Assembly: GCA_035513155.1 (NCBI GenBank)
Contig: DATKCO010000021.1
Coordinates: forward strand, 3,559-67,558
DNA: 64,000 bases
Origin: Gemmatimonadota bacterium
GTDB lineage: Bacteria; Gemmatimonadota; Gemmatimonadetes; JACCXV01; JAHWKZ01
Direction of reading: 5' to 3'
The translations under genes and the position numbers were made by a program. Of the stretch, positions 8,986 through 19,623 are shown piece by piece (positions within the stretch are counted from its first letter, which is position 1; the number at the start of each line of letters is the position of its first letter). The notes under the pieces are model-generated. The model searched no databases. It was not told where the DNA came from and was given only the letters and a program-made list of their open reading frames with translations.

Positions 8986-10259
8986 TCGGGCTCGCGGCGG
9001 ACGTCGGCTCCCAGCGCGCGCAGGCGCCCGTCAATGCTCTCGTAGCCGCGGTCGATCTGGTGGACGTTCTGGATCACCGACTCGCCGCGCGCCGCGAGCG
9101 CGGCGATCAGGAGCGCCATCCCGGCCCGGATGTCGGGGCTCGAGATCGGCGCGCCCGCGAGCGCAGCCGGGCCGGTCACCACGACCCGATGCGGGTCGCA
9201 GAGGATGAGCCGCGCCCCCATCCGCTGCAGCTGATCGACGAAGAACAGGCGGCTCTCGAACATCTTCTCGTGGATCAGGATCATGCCGCTCGCCTGGGTC
9301 GCCACGACGACCATGATCGACGTCAGGTCCGCCGGGAACCCCGGCCAGGGCGCGTCGTCGAGCTTGGGCACGGCGCCGCCCGCGTCATCCACCACCGCCA
9401 GCCGCTGGTCGCCGGGGACGTGCACGTCGTCGCCGTCGGTCTCGATCCGCACGCCGAGCCGCTCGAACCCCAGCCGGATCATCGGCAGGTGCTCGACACC
9501 CGCTTGCCGGATCGTCAGATCGCCGCCCGTGACCGCGGCCAGCCCGACGAACGACCCGACCTCGATGTGGTCGGGGCCGATCCGGTGGATCGAGGGGCCG
9601 AGGGCCTCGACGCCGTCGATCTCGAGCAGGTTCGTGCCGATCCCGCGGATCGACGCGCCCATCCCCACCAGCATGCGGCAGAGCCCCTGGACGTGGGGCT
9701 CGGAGGCGGCGTTGGCGACGCGCGTGGTCCCGCGGGCACGCACCGCCGCCATCACCGCGTTCTCGGTCCCCATGACGCTCGCTTCGTCGAGGAAGATGTC
9801 GGTCCCCCGCAGGCCGTCCGGCGCGCGGATCACGTACTCCCGCTCCTCGACCGTGATCTCGGCGCCGAGGGCACGGAACGCGAGCAGGTGGGTGTCGACG
9901 CGGCGGCGCCCGATCCGGTCGCCTCCCGGAAGAGGCAGTCGGACCCTTCCCCGGCGCGCCAGCAGCGGCCCCGCGAGGAGGAACGACCCGCGGATCCTGC
10001 GCGCGGTGTCCAGGTCGGGGGCGGCGGCGCCGGCCGTGCCCACCGTCACCGCGTGGTCCTCCTGCTCGACCGTGCACCCGAGGTCCGCGAGCATCTCCAC
10101 CATCGTCCGCGTGTCCGCGATATCCGGGACGTTCTCGATCCGCACGGGCTCTTCCGTGAGCAGGGTGGCGGCGAGACACGGAAGCGCCTCGTTCTTGTTC
10201 CCGGCCGGCACCATCTCGCCCTGGATCGGCCGGCCCCCGACGACGACGAGCTGCTCCAT
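8982..10259 (-). CDS. murA: UDP-N-acetylglucosamine 1-carboxyvinyltransferase
   Basis: The true start is the internal MEQLVVVGGRPIQGEMVPAGNKNEALP; the ATG at 10257..10259 was confirmed in the sequence. The catalytic Cys region is present and there is full-length similarity. The start forms a TGATG junction with the prmC stop. Confidence 0.92.
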   Translation of the reverse strand: MEQLVVVGGRPIQGEMVPAGNKNEALPCLAATLLTEEPVRIENVPDIADTRTMVEMLADLGCTVEQEDHAVTVGTAGAAAPDLDTARRIRGSFLLAGPLLARRGRVRLPLPGGDRIGRRRVDTHLLAFRALGAEITVEEREYVIRAPDGLRGTDIFLDEASVMGTENAVMAAVRARGTTRVANAASEPHVQGLCRMLVGMGASIRGIGTNLLEIDGVEALGPSIHRIGPDHIEVGSFVGLAAVTGGDLTIRQAGVEHLPMIRLGFERLGVRIETDGDDVHVPGDQRLAVVDDAGGAVPKLDDAPWPGFPADLTSIMVVVATQASGMILIHEKMFESRLFFVDQLQRMGARLILCDPHRVVVTGPAALAGAPISSPDIRAGMALLIAALAARGESVIQNVHQIDRGYESIDGRLRALGADVRREPE

Positions 10260-11215
10260 CACCCCTCCTCCCCGGTGGCCAGGGCCAGAACCCCGCGTGG
10301 CAGGCCCGTGAAGTCGTGAAAGACCGTGAGGAACTCGAGCCCGGCTGTCCGCTCGATCAGGCTCGCCGCCTCCCGCTCCTGCGCGCTCCCGATCTCGAGG
10401 GCGAGCAGCCCGCCCGCCCGCAGGTGGGCCGGAGCCTCCACGACCAGCCGCGCGATCGCCTCGGTGCCCGCCGGCCCCGCGAACAGCGCTCCCGCCGGCT
10501 CCCACTCCACGACCTCCGCCGGCAGCGAGCCGCGCTCGGCCTCGGCCACGTACGGCGGGTTGCTGACGATCGCGTCGAAGCGCGCGCCCGGGCGGAAGCC
10601 CGCCAGCCCGTCCCCCGCGAGCCACGCGATCCGGTTCGCTCCCACGCGACCGGCGTTGCCCCGGGCGACCTCGAGCGCGGGACGGCTCGCGTCGCTCGCC
10701 ACGACGATCCGTACGCCCTCGAGCTCGAGCGCGAGCGCGCAGGCGATCGCGCCCGAGCCGGTTCCCAGATCGAGGATCCGCCACCCCGCCTCCGGGGCCC
10801 GGCCGCGCGCCGCTTCCGCTCGCGCCCAGTCCAGCACCTCGGCCACCAGGCGCTCGGTCTCCGGACGGGGAACGAGGACGCGGCGGTCGACCGCGAGCTC
10901 GAGCCCGCGGAATCCCGTCACGCCGGTGATGTACTGGACGGGCTCGCCGGCGAGCCGGCGCTTGACCCGGGAGCGATAGGAGTCGACCTCGTCGGAGCTG
11001 AGCGGCCGGTCGAAGCGGAGATAGAGATCGAGCCGCCGGCAGTCGAGCACGTCGGCGAGGAGGTGCTCCGCCGAGAGGCGCGGCTCGTTCACCCCGCGCT
11101 CCTCGAGGAATCCCGCCGTGGTGCGCAGGATCGACAGCACGGTCCAGTCGTCGCGCACCCCGCGGCGGACCTCAGCCCGTGCGGACCGCGAGGATCGCGT
11201 CCTCGTCGTCTTCAT
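10259..11215 (-). CDS. prmC: Release factor glutamine N5-methyltransferase of the HemK family. This is the canonical copy, with the NPPY motif.
   Basis: Motifs: PVQYITGVTGFRGLEL, VLVPRPETE, ILDLGTGSGAIA, IVSNPPYV. The exact start is uncertain; the track Met was used. Confidence 0.8.
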   Translation of the reverse strand: MKTTRTRSSRSARAEVRRGVRDDWTVLSILRTTAGFLEERGVNEPRLSAEHLLADVLDCRRLDLYLRFDRPLSSDEVDSYRSRVKRRLAGEPVQYITGVTGFRGLELAVDRRVLVPRPETERLVAEVLDWARAEAARGRAPEAGWRILDLGTGSGAIACALALELEGVRIVVASDASRPALEVARGNAGRVGANRIAWLAGDGLAGFRPGARFDAIVSNPPYVAEAERGSLPAEVVEWEPAGALFAGPAGTEAIARLVVEAPAHLRAGGLLALEIGSAQEREAASLIERTAGLEFLTVFHDFTGLPRGVLALATGEEG

Positions 11216-12104
11216 CGTCGGCCAGCACCCATTCGATCGTCAGCGGGTGGTCGGGGTCGCCGTTGACGTGCTCCTCGAGCATCTCGACCTGGTCGGAGTC
11301 GATCTGGCAGGCGAACAGGCCTCCGGGGCGGAGCCGTCGCCCCGCCGCGTCCGCCAGCCCGCGCAGCAGGTCGTCCCCGCTCGGCTCCCCGAAGAAGGTG
11401 TCCATCGGCTCCCACCGCAGGCTCTCCTCGCTGAGATAGATCTCGTCGCCCGGATTGAGGTACGGCGGGACCGCCACGATCATGTCGAATCGGGGCTCCG
11501 CGCGCGACCACTCGAGCCAGTCCCCGGCCAGCGGGACGACCCGCTTCTCCACCTTGTGCCGGCGCGCGTTGCGCCGCACCAGCTCCAGCGCCTGGAGCGA
11601 GACGTCGACCGCCCACACGCGCCGCGGCGCCAGCGGCCCGAGCGCCAGCGACACCGCGATCGCCCCGCAGCCGGCACCCAGCTCGGCGATCCGCCATCCC
11701 CCCTTCGGCCGCGGCCGCGACTCCGCCCACTCCTCGATCTCGTCGCACAACCGCTCGCTCTGGCTGCGCGGCACGAACACCCCGCTCTCCACCTCCATCA
11801 GCACGTCGCGGAAGTCGGACACGCCGACGATGTACTGATAGGGCTCGTGGGCCTCGCGCCGGGCCAGGAACTCGCGGAAGCGCACCTCGGCGGCCGCGTC
11901 GACGGGCTCCGTCCGGCGCTCGGTCAGCGCGTCGGGATCGTCCAGCGCACCCACGACCGCGCTCATGAGCCACAGGGCGCTGGTGTCGGGGAACTCGACC
12001 TCCCGCTCCTCCAACCTCCGCTCGGCCTCGTCGAGAAGCGAGCCGATCGTGATCCCGCCGGCCGTGGGGGCGGACCCGCGGCGGCTCGCGGCCCGAGGGC
12101 TCAT
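11172..12104 (-). CDS. Divergent HemK-family methyltransferase paralogue, with VPPY in place of NPPY. It is translationally coupled to prfA.
   Basis: The start is taken at [10 protein letters not shown], forming an ATGA overlap with the prfA stop at 12101..12104. Motifs: [49 protein letters not shown]. The rest of track ORF 11172..13196 is artefact. Confidence 0.75.
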   Translation of the reverse strand: MSPRAASRRGSAPTAGGITIGSLLDEAERRLEEREVEFPDTSALWLMSAVVGALDDPDALTERRTEPVDAAAEVRFREFLARREAHEPYQYIVGVSDFRDVLMEVESGVFVPRSQSERLCDEIEEWAESRPRPKGGWRIAELGAGCGAIAVSLALGPLAPRRVWAVDVSLQALELVRRNARRHKVEKRVVPLAGDWLEWSRAEPRFDMIVAVPPYLNPGDEIYLSEESLRWEPMDTFFGEPSGDDLLRGLADAAGRRLRPGGLFACQIDSDQVEMLEEHVNGDPDHPLTIEWVLADDEDDEDAILAVRTG

Positions 12105-13168
12105 CCGGCGATCCGCTCCGCCTGCTCTGCCATCGCCAGGGCATCGACCAGCTCGTCGAGATCCCCGCCCAGGACGTCGTCCAGCTGGTGGAGAGTGAGG
12201 TTCACGCGGTGATCGGTCACGCGGCTCTGGGGGAAGTTGTAGGTCCGGATCTTCGCGCTCCGGTCGCCGGACCCGACCTGGGCCCGGCGGGTCTCCGCCC
12301 GGGCCGCGTCCTGCTCGGCGATCTTGCGATCGAGCAGCCGGCTGCGGAGGACCTTCAGCGCCTTGGCCTTGTTCTTGAGCTGGCTCTTCTCGTCCTGGCA
12401 CTGGACGACGAGGCCCGTCGGCAGGTGGGTGACGCGCACGGCGGAGTCGGTCGTGTTGACGCTCTGCCCGCCCGGACCCGAGGAGCGGAAGACGTCGATC
12501 TTGAGGTCGCTGTCGTCGATCTCGACGTCGACCTCCTCGGCCTCGGGGAGGACCGCCACCGTGGCCGCCGAGGTATGGATCCGACCCTGCGACTCGGTCT
12601 CGGGTACCCGCTGCACCCGGTGGACCCCGCTCTCGTGCCGGAGCGTGCCGTACGCCTCCGCCCCGTGCACGATCGCGATCACCTCCCGGACCCCACCCGT
12701 GTCGGAGGGGGACAGATCGATCAGCTCCACGCTCCAGCCCCGCCGCTCGGCGTAGCGGGAGTACATGCGGAGCAGATCGCCGGCGAACAGCGCCGCTTCC
12801 TCGCCCCCCGTGCCGGCGCGGATCTCCAGGACCGCGTCCTTGTCGTCCAGGGGGTCGCGCGGGACCAGCATCCGCTTGAGCTCCGCTTCGAGCCGCTCGA
12901 CCTCCGCCTCGAGCTCCGCGATCTCCGCCCGCGCCAGCTCCTTGAGATCCGGATCGTCGGACTCCCTCATCATCTCGCGGTCCTCCGCCAGCCGGCGCCG
13001 AGCCGTTTCCCACGCCTGCGCGGTGGCGAGGATCGGCGCCCCCCGGGAGTGCTCCTTCCCCAGGTCGCGCAACCGTTCCGGATCGCGGCTCACCTCCGAG
13101 TCGGCCAGCAGCGCCTCGACGTCGGCCATGCGCGCGCGCAGGTCTTCGATGCGGGATTCCAGGTCCAT
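12101..13168 (-). CDS. prfA: Peptide chain release factor 1
   Basis: The start [10 protein letters not shown] was confirmed (cat at 13166..13168). The GGQ motif is present ([24 protein letters not shown]), as is the PxT-type recognition region. The upstream part of the track ORF is artefact. Confidence 0.95.
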   Translation of the reverse strand: MDLESRIEDLRARMADVEALLADSEVSRDPERLRDLGKEHSRGAPILATAQAWETARRRLAEDREMMRESDDPDLKELARAEIAELEAEVERLEAELKRMLVPRDPLDDKDAVLEIRAGTGGEEAALFAGDLLRMYSRYAERRGWSVELIDLSPSDTGGVREVIAIVHGAEAYGTLRHESGVHRVQRVPETESQGRIHTSAATVAVLPEAEEVDVEIDDSDLKIDVFRSSGPGGQSVNTTDSAVRVTHLPTGLVVQCQDEKSQLKNKAKALKVLRSRLLDRKIAEQDAARAETRRAQVGSGDRSAKIRTYNFPQSRVTDHRVNLTLHQLDDVLGGDLDELVDALAMAEQAERIAG

Positions 13169-13202
13169 CGTTCCGTTCGGCTCCGAGGGTGTCCACAAAC
13201 GC

Positions 13203-13239
13203 GAAGAGCAGGGGCGGCCCAGGGCTCCCTGCTCTCTTC
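13203..13239 (-). terminator. Imperfect GC-rich hairpin downstream of rpmE (gaagagcaggg / ccctgctc..ttc) followed by a weak U-tract. It is a possible attenuating terminator ahead of prfA.
   Basis: The inverted repeat was read directly. The U-tract is poor (GCGUUUGUGG on the mRNA). Confidence 0.3.
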
Positions 13240-13272
13240 GGTGTCTCGCGGCGCTGTTCGCCGCCGGTGTCC

Positions 13273-13551
13273 CTACGCCTCGACCGCGCTCTCCTCGCTC
13301 TCCTCTTCCGTGTCCGCCCCGGCCTCGTCGACGGCCTCGTCGGCGGTCCCCCCGGACAGCCCGTACTTCGCGCGGAACTTCTCCACCCGGCCGGCGGTGT
13401 CGATCAGCTTCTGACGCCCGGTGAAGAATGGATGGCAGCTCGAGCAGATCTCGACGTGGATCTCTTCGACGGTCGAGCGCGTCTCGATCGCGTTTCCACA
13501 CGCGCACACGATCCGCGCGGCTTTGTATTCGGGATGGATCCCGGGCTTCAT
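13273..13551 (-). CDS. rpmE: 50S ribosomal protein L31
   Basis: 92 aa: [48 protein letters not shown]. The ATG was confirmed at 13549..13551. A C-terminal acidic tail is present. Confidence 0.93.
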   Translation of the reverse strand: MKPGIHPEYKAARIVCACGNAIETRSTVEEIHVEICSSCHPFFTGRQKLIDTAGRVEKFRAKYGLSGGTADEAVDEAGADTEEESEESAVEA

Positions 13552-13598
13552 CGTCACGCTCCCCTGTATGCAGTCATGATTCTTCAAGACCGATGAAT

Positions 13599-15158
13599 TT
13601 ACCGGCGGCGGCCCGGGCCGACAAGGGAGCCCGCGACCAGCGCCAGCAGCGAGGCGACCGGCACCCACGGGCCCCAGCGCGTGTAGGGGGTCTCGATCCC
13701 GGGCATCGGCAGATCGGCGACCACGATCGCCGGGGCGTACAGCGCGGTGCGCCGCCGATAGCGGCCCAGCGGGTCGACCCAGCCCGAAATTCCGGTGTTG
13801 GCGGCCCGCAGAAACGAGACGCGGTTCTCCACCGACCGCAGCGCGAGGTGGCTGGCATGCTGGTAAGGGGCGGCCGTCCGCCCGAACCAGGCGTCGTTCG
13901 TGATGTTCAGCAGGAAGTCCGCACCGTTCCGGACGAGGGCCCGGGACGAGGCCGGGAACACCGACTCGTAGCAGATCAGCACGCCGAATCGCCAGCCGTC
14001 CACCGACCACGTGGTCCAGCCGGTGCCGGGCTCGAACTGCCCCGTCCAGGAGCTCAGTCGCTCGAAGAATCCGCTCAGCAGCCCGGGGAGGAAGGGCACC
14101 CGCTCGGCCACCGGCACCAGCCGGCGCTTCGCGTACCGTCCGGGCAGGATCGAGTCCCCCGCCACGAGGTAGGCGGCATTGTAGACGCGATAGTCTCCGG
14201 GGTCGGCGCCGCTCCTCCCGGCGAGCGTGTCGGCGTCATTGGTTCCGGTGAAGATCGGGGCCTCGATCCGCTTCGAGAGATCGGTCACCAGGCTGAAGGC
14301 GGCCGGGTCGTAGCGCAGGTATCCCGGGATCGCCGACTCCGGCCAGACGACGAGCTCGGGATCGTGCCGGGCCGCGCGCAGGGTGAGATCACCCAGCCGG
14401 CGGTACGTCTCGTCCACGAACGCCGGATCCCACTTCATCTCCTGCGGGACGTTGGGCTGGACCGCGGCCACGCGCAGCGTGGGCCAGGCGTCCACCCGGG
14501 CCTCGAGGTCCCGCAGCCGGAGCGCGCCGTACGCGGGGACGAGAGCCGCCAGCAGGACCGCCGCCACGGCCACCGTCGCGAGCCGGGTGCCGGCGGCCGG
14601 CCGCGCGAGCCGGTACAGGAGGGCCGAGAGGGCGGTCAGCACGAGGCCGAGGAGCCAGACCCCGCCCAGCTCGGCCCCCTGGATGAGCAGCGGATACGAC
14701 GCCAGGGCATCGCCCGCGACGGCCCAGGTGAAGCCCAGGTCCCCGAACGAGCGGAGCCACTCCACCGCCGTCCATGCCAGCGGGAACGAGACGACGAGCG
14801 GCACCCCGCGCCGCCGCGCGATCGCCACCCCGAGCGCGGTGAGACCCCCGTTGAAGGCCAGGACCAGGACCGACGCCACGTAGGCCGGCACGGCCATGAC
14901 GCTGAACCCCGTCAGCCCCGCGATCCAGTAGAGGAGCGCGCCGAAGAAGGCGAGCCCGAAGAGATACCCGCCGCCGAACGCCTCCCGGAGCCCGAGCGCG
15001 CCGGGACGGTCGAGAAAGGCGAAGAGCGGCCACAGGCCGACCAGCGCCAGCGGGAGCAGGTCGAGCGGCGGGAAGGCGAGCGCGAAGGCGACCCCGGCGG
15101 CCGGCGGCCACCACCACCACGCCGCCACGGGCCCGCGGCCCCGCGGGTGGGCCGTCAC
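13599..15158 (-). CDS. lnt: Apolipoprotein N-acyltransferase
   Basis: It has a multi-TM N-terminal domain plus a C-terminal CN-hydrolase domain ([19 protein letters not shown]). Confidence 0.9.
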   Translation of the reverse strand: MTAHPRGRGPVAAWWWWPPAAGVAFALAFPPLDLLPLALVGLWPLFAFLDRPGALGLREAFGGGYLFGLAFFGALLYWIAGLTGFSVMAVPAYVASVLVLAFNGGLTALGVAIARRRGVPLVVSFPLAWTAVEWLRSFGDLGFTWAVAGDALASYPLLIQGAELGGVWLLGLVLTALSALLYRLARPAAGTRLATVAVAAVLLAALVPAYGALRLRDLEARVDAWPTLRVAAVQPNVPQEMKWDPAFVDETYRRLGDLTLRAARHDPELVVWPESAIPGYLRYDPAAFSLVTDLSKRIEAPIFTGTNDADTLAGRSGADPGDYRVYNAAYLVAGDSILPGRYAKRRLVPVAERVPFLPGLLSGFFERLSSWTGQFEPGTGWTTWSVDGWRFGVLICYESVFPASSRALVRNGADFLLNITNDAWFGRTAAPYQHASHLALRSVENRVSFLRAANTGISGWVDPLGRYRRRTALYAPAIVVADLPMPGIETPYTRWGPWVPVASLLALVAGSLVGPGRRR

Positions 15159-16204
15159 GCGCCTCCGGCCGGCTCGGGGCCCTCGTCGAGCCGAACCTCG
15201 CGCCCCTCGTCGGCGGAGCGTCGCACGGCGTCCAGGATGCGCGCCAGCGTCCGCTGCTCGGCCAGTGGGGGCGCCTTCTCGCTGCCGGCCACGACCCCGG
15301 CGAAGAACGCCAGCTCCCGCTCGTACGACTCCATGTAGATGTTACCGATCCGCCGCTGGGCCTGCGGAGTGACGTTGACCAGGTTGCCATGCATGTGCTG
15401 GAAGACGCGCAACGGGTTGAGCAGGCCCGAGCCCGCCGTCCCGTACAGCTCCAGGAAGTGATCGTAGTCCTCGTGGTCCACGAGGAAGTGCCATGACACG
15501 TCGAGGGCGATCGAGATCCCCCCCGCGCAGGTGAGCGAGATCACCGCCGTGTCCTCCACGTCGATGTCGGGCAGGTGATAGTGGAACGTGGCGCTCACGC
15601 GCTCGGGCTGGGGATATCCGCTCAGCCACAGCACGAGGTCGAGCAGCTGGATCCCGAGATCCATGATCACGCCTCCGCCCGACTTCGCCCGGTCGTGCTG
15701 CCACGCTCCCGGCTTGACCCGCTCCCGCCGCTTGAGCCAGCCGGCCCGCGCGTGGAACACGTCGCCCAGCGCTCCGTCCTGGATGAAGCGCCGCAGCAGG
15801 ATCGAGTCGTCGCGATAGCGGTTGTTCATGCCCACGACGAGATGCCGGCCGCTCTTCTCCCGCGCGGCCAGGATGTCGTCCACCTCGGCGGCCGTCAGCC
15901 CGAGCGGCTTCTCGCACAGCACGTGCTTGCCGGCCTCCAGGCAGCGGATCACCGCGTCGCGATGCTGATGGCTCGGGAGGCAGACGTCCACGGCCTCGAT
16001 CTCCTCGATCGCCAGGAACTCGTCCAGGGAGGTGGTCGCGTGCGGGACCCCGGTCCGCTCGCGCAGCGCGCGGAGCTTGGCCGGCTCGTTGTCGCAGATC
16101 GCGATCAGCTCTGCCTTGCGGAAGCGGCGGTAGACGGGCAGGTGCGCGGTCTGAGCGACCGCGCCGGCTCCCAACAGGCCGACGCGCACCGGCCGGTCGG
16201 GCAT
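15155..16204 (-). CDS. Gfo/Idh/MocA family NAD(P)-dependent oxidoreductase
   Basis: The N-terminal Rossmann region is RVGLLGAGAVAQTAHLPVY, and EKPLGLTAAEVDDIL is present. Its stop is adjacent to the ispG region. Confidence 0.85.
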   Translation of the reverse strand: MPDRPVRVGLLGAGAVAQTAHLPVYRRFRKAELIAICDNEPAKLRALRERTGVPHATTSLDEFLAIEEIEAVDVCLPSHQHRDAVIRCLEAGKHVLCEKPLGLTAAEVDDILAAREKSGRHLVVGMNNRYRDDSILLRRFIQDGALGDVFHARAGWLKRRERVKPGAWQHDRAKSGGGVIMDLGIQLLDLVLWLSGYPQPERVSATFHYHLPDIDVEDTAVISLTCAGGISIALDVSWHFLVDHEDYDHFLELYGTAGSGLLNPLRVFQHMHGNLVNVTPQAQRRIGNIYMESYERELAFFAGVVAGSEKAPPLAEQRTLARILDAVRRSADEGREVRLDEGPEPAGGA

Positions 16205-17260
16205 CTAGAGCTCGCTTTCGATCCGGGCGATCAGGGAGTCGACCAGCTCCTCTTCGGGGATCGTGTGCTCCTTCTCCCCCTTGAGGTACAGCAGGCCCTT
16301 CCGGACTCCGCCGGCGATCCCGATGTCGGCCTCGCGGGACTCGCCGGGGCCGTTCACGGCGCATCCCATGACCGCGATCGTGATGTTCTTGTCGAGGTGG
16401 GAGGTCCGCCTCTCGACCTCCGCCGCGAGCTTGTGCACGTCGACCTCCGCGCGGCCGCAAGAGGGACAGGCGATCACGTTGACCCCGCTGGGACGCAGCT
16501 CCAGCACCTGCAGCAGCTTCTTGGCGATGCGGGTCTCGATGACCGGGTCGTCGGCGAGGGAGATGCGGATCGTGTCCCCGATGCCGGCGGCCAGCAGGGT
16601 GCCGATCCCGGCGCACGACTTGACCGTCCCGGCCTCGACCGGCCCGGCCTCCGTCACGCCGAGGTGGAGCGGGTAGTCGCGCTCGTCCGAGAACCGGCTG
16701 TAGGCCTCGATCATGCGGGGGACGTGACTCGACTTGAGCGACACCACGATGTCCCGGAAATCCATCCGCTCGAGGATCTCGCAGTGGCGGATCGCCGACT
16801 CGACCATCCCTCGCGCCGTCGGCTCGCCGTCCCGCTCCAGGATGTCCTGCTCCAGCGAGCCGCTGTTGACCCCGATGCGGATCGGGACCCCCCGCTCGCG
16901 CGCCTTCTCCACCACCGCCCGCACCCGCTTCTCGCCGCCGATGTTGCCGGGGTTGATGCGCAGCTTGTCCACGCCCGCGTCCAGCGCCAGCAGGGCGATC
17001 CGGTAGTTGAAGTGGATGTCGGCGACCAGCGGGATCGAGATCCCGGCCTTGATCTCGGGCAGCGCCTCGGCGCTGGCCTCGTCCGGGACCGTCACCCGCA
17101 CGATGTCGCAGCCGGCCACCTCCATGTTCCGGATCTGTTTCAGCGTGGCATAGACGTCGGTCGTCTTGGTGGTCGTCATCGACTGGACGGATACGGGGGC
17201 GTCTCCGCCGATCGTGACCTTCCCCACCTGGACCGGGCGGGTTTCGCGGCGCTCGAACAT
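16205..17260 (-). CDS. ispG: 4-hydroxy-3-methylbut-2-en-1-yl diphosphate synthase, flavodoxin type
   Basis: The start is taken at MFERRETRPVQVG, with a GGAG ribosome-binding site 8 nt upstream. Motifs: IRVTVPD, VADIHF, INPGNIG, CPSCGR, AVMGCAVNGPGE. Confidence 0.93.
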   Translation of the reverse strand: MFERRETRPVQVGKVTIGGDAPVSVQSMTTTKTTDVYATLKQIRNMEVAGCDIVRVTVPDEASAEALPEIKAGISIPLVADIHFNYRIALLALDAGVDKLRINPGNIGGEKRVRAVVEKARERGVPIRIGVNSGSLEQDILERDGEPTARGMVESAIRHCEILERMDFRDIVVSLKSSHVPRMIEAYSRFSDERDYPLHLGVTEAGPVEAGTVKSCAGIGTLLAAGIGDTIRISLADDPVIETRIAKKLLQVLELRPSGVNVIACPSCGRAEVDVHKLAAEVERRTSHLDKNITIAVMGCAVNGPGESREADIGIAGGVRKGLLYLKGEKEHTIPEEELVDSLIARIESEL

Positions 17261-17351
17261 GGGACTCCGTGAGCCTTTCGCTACTGGGACCATCGACGGA
17301 AAGCCGGACGACGCTTGAAGGTACGCGACCGCGCGCGCCCATCAAGTCGAG

Positions 17352-18287
17352 CTACAGGACCTCCACCACGAACGCGGCGGCTGGCCAACCGCGGCCGGTC
17401 TCCGCCCGCCGGGCGGAGACCGCCTCCCGGACCGTGGCCTCGGACGCGACGTACAGGATGCCGTACCAGCGAGCCGGCTCGGTCCCGCGCCCCATCGGGA
17501 GCCGGAGATCGAAGGACCGGTCGTCCGGGTTCCAGCGGATCGCCCACGGAGGGACGACCAGCGCCCGCTCGCTCCCGTCCGCGTACGAGCCCGCTGGCGG
17601 CCGGTCCCCGCGGGCGGCCCAGGCGCGGACGAACGGCTCACGCGTGACCACGAGCATCAGCGGCCGGGCCCCCGGCGTCTGGACCTGACCGGAGACCGAG
17701 GCCACCCCTCCCGGCAGCACCCGACCCGGGTGGGAGAGCGTGGCCGACGCGGAGACCAGCTCCTGGACCACGTACACGGCGGCCCGGCTTGGATCGATCG
17801 CGATCCCCACGCCGATCGCGGTGCGGTGGAGATCCAGGATCGCGGCGCGGTGGCCCGGAGAGTCCATCAGCCAGGCCTGGGCCGTACGGATGTCGAATCG
17901 GTCCCACGGATCGTCCAGCTCGAATCCGGGCCCGGCCCGCTCCTGCCAGCGGAACACGTTCTCGAGGACGTGGCCGGTCCCGCCCGCCGCGGCGAGCCGC
18001 TCGTACGGCGCCAGGCCCGCGGTGTTGTAGTGGCTGAGGTATCCCTCGGCGGCCATCTCCCGGGCGTGCCCTTGCGCCACCACGGTGGCTAGCGAGTCGA
18101 GCGCGACCGGGCCGAGGCCATAGCGGGCGCGATCCGTGTTGACCGCCGCCACCATCTCGATGCGTGCGCGGGCGAAGCGGTCCGGGATCGGGACCGTGGC
18201 GTCGCGGGGTGGCTGGGGCGGCGAGGGATACGGGGAGCCGAGGCAGGCCAGGGCCGCGATCGCGGCCAGCGGGACGATCCGCCGCAC
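17352..18287 (-). CDS. Secreted CAP/SCP (PR-1-like, YkwD-type) domain protein
   Basis: The start is taken at GTG (VRRIVPLAAIAALACLGSP), a signal peptide lying 5 nt after the SpoIID-domain gene stop. Motifs: NTDRARYGL, LSHYNTAG, ENVF.. The 5' part of track ORF 17352..19646 is artefact. Confidence 0.65.
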   Translation of the reverse strand: MRRIVPLAAIAALACLGSPYPSPPQPPRDATVPIPDRFARARIEMVAAVNTDRARYGLGPVALDSLATVVAQGHAREMAAEGYLSHYNTAGLAPYERLAAAGGTGHVLENVFRWQERAGPGFELDDPWDRFDIRTAQAWLMDSPGHRAAILDLHRTAIGVGIAIDPSRAAVYVVQELVSASATLSHPGRVLPGGVASVSGQVQTPGARPLMLVVTREPFVRAWAARGDRPPAGSYADGSERALVVPPWAIRWNPDDRSFDLRLPMGRGTEPARWYGILYVASEATVREAVSARRAETGRGWPAAAFVVEVL

Positions 18288-18292
18288 GACCG

Positions 18293-19546
18293 TCAGTACA
18301 GGCCCCGCACCACCGTGCCGGGGTAGTACGCGGTCAGGATCCGCCGGTAGTCCCACCCCGCGCGGGCGCGCCCCATCGCGCCGACCTGGCACATGCCGAC
18401 CCCGTGCCCCCAGCCACCCCCGACGAGCGTGAGCCCGGTCAGTCGGGTGCCCACCCGCTCCGGACGGAACAGGAACTGGGTGCTGTAGAGGATGCGCCCG
18501 GTCGAGTCGGCCAACAGCCACCGGATCGCGTCCTCGGCCACCACGAAGCGCCCCGTCGTGGTGGTCACGCGGACGGAGAGCGCCCGCCCCTCGGGGGTCA
18601 CCGCCTCGAGCGAGACGTCCAGCAGCGAGCCCGGGCCGTCGGCGGGCAGCGGAAGCAGGGACGGGAGGTTCCGGCGCACGGTCGCGTCGAGCTCCTCCGC
18701 GCTCCAGTCCGCCGTCCAGCGGAAGTATCGCGATCCCTGGCACCAGTAGCCCGCTCCGTCCGGCAGCTCGTCGCTCACCGCGGTCAGGTACGGGGCTGCC
18801 GGCCGATCGAAGGTCTCCTCGACCCGGGCCGTGTGGCCGCCGCACGTCGAATGATAAAACGCGTCGATGAGGTACCCGTTGTAGAGGAGGACCTCGCCGC
18901 GCGTGATTTGCACCGCCCGGACGGCGAGCGAATCGCCGTCGGCGGGCAGCCCCTGGTAGGCCTGGTCGAGCACGCTGCCGTACACGTCGAACCCCAACGC
19001 CGACCGGCTCCCCATCCGCTTGAGCGCGTAGGTTCGCGCCGCGACCGCCTGGGCGAGCTGGGCCTGCCACAGCTCGGGACCGGGACGACCCAGCTCCTTC
19101 GGGACGACCCCCTCCAGGTAGGTCTCCAGGGGAACCACGTTGACGCCCGTCAGCGTCCCCTCGGGACGGAGCGAGACCTCGACCGCGCCCGGGTATTCGA
19201 CGCCGTCGAGGTTCATCGGGGCGCGACCGAGCGAGCTCGCCTGGAGGGGCCCCAGATGCGGCTGGCTCAGCCAGCCGTCGGGCCGGCGAAGGCGGATCGC
19301 GGTCTCGAACGGGAGCACGACGACCCGCCACCCCGGCTCGCCGTCCACGACCGCGATCGGACGGCTGGCCCCCGCCTCGCGGATCCACCAGCGGTCCGCG
19401 CTCCCGAGAGCGAGCGAGGTGTCGCCCAGCGCGACCCCGACGCGAATGGTGGGCTCGGCCGCGTACGCGGGGGCCGCGGGAGGCTCCACCGGCGGCGGGC
19501 GCGAGACCGGCGGGGCGGGCGCGGGACGACAGGCGGCGATGGCCAT
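18293..19546 (-). CDS. SpoIID/LytB-domain protein, a cell-wall lytic enzyme enhancer family. The start is unresolved: the ATG at 19544..19546 leaves no signal peptide, while GTG near 19618..19627 would add a lipoprotein-type signal (FFLFLAGMAIAAC).
   Basis: The SpoIID domain signature is present (VNVVPLETYLEGVVPKE, AVAARTYALKR, GFDVYGSVLDQAYQG, FYHSTCGGHT). Confidence 0.8.
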   Translation of the reverse strand: MAIAACRPAPAPPVSRPPPVEPPAAPAYAAEPTIRVGVALGDTSLALGSADRWWIREAGASRPIAVVDGEPGWRVVVLPFETAIRLRRPDGWLSQPHLGPLQASSLGRAPMNLDGVEYPGAVEVSLRPEGTLTGVNVVPLETYLEGVVPKELGRPGPELWQAQLAQAVAARTYALKRMGSRSALGFDVYGSVLDQAYQGLPADGDSLAVRAVQITRGEVLLYNGYLIDAFYHSTCGGHTARVEETFDRPAAPYLTAVSDELPDGAGYWCQGSRYFRWTADWSAEELDATVRRNLPSLLPLPADGPGSLLDVSLEAVTPEGRALSVRVTTTTGRFVVAEDAIRWLLADSTGRILYSTQFLFRPERVGTRLTGLTLVGGGWGHGVGMCQVGAMGRARAGWDYRRILTAYYPGTVVRGLY

Positions 19547-19559
19547 CCCGGCGAGGAAC

Positions 19560-19586
19560 AAAAAAAAGCGCCCCGCGAGGGGCGCG
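19560..19586 (-). terminator. Rho-independent terminator on the mRNA strand: GCGCCCC-ucgc-GGGGCGC followed by U8.
   Basis: Read directly. The plus strand shows aaaaaaaa then gcgccccgcgaggggcgc. It lies about 40 nt downstream of the stop of gene 19624..20103, inside the putative signal-peptide coding region of the SpoIID-domain gene. Confidence 0.8.
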
Positions 19587-19623
19587 GCGGACCCGGATGC
19601 GGGTCGCGCGGCGTTGACGGCCG

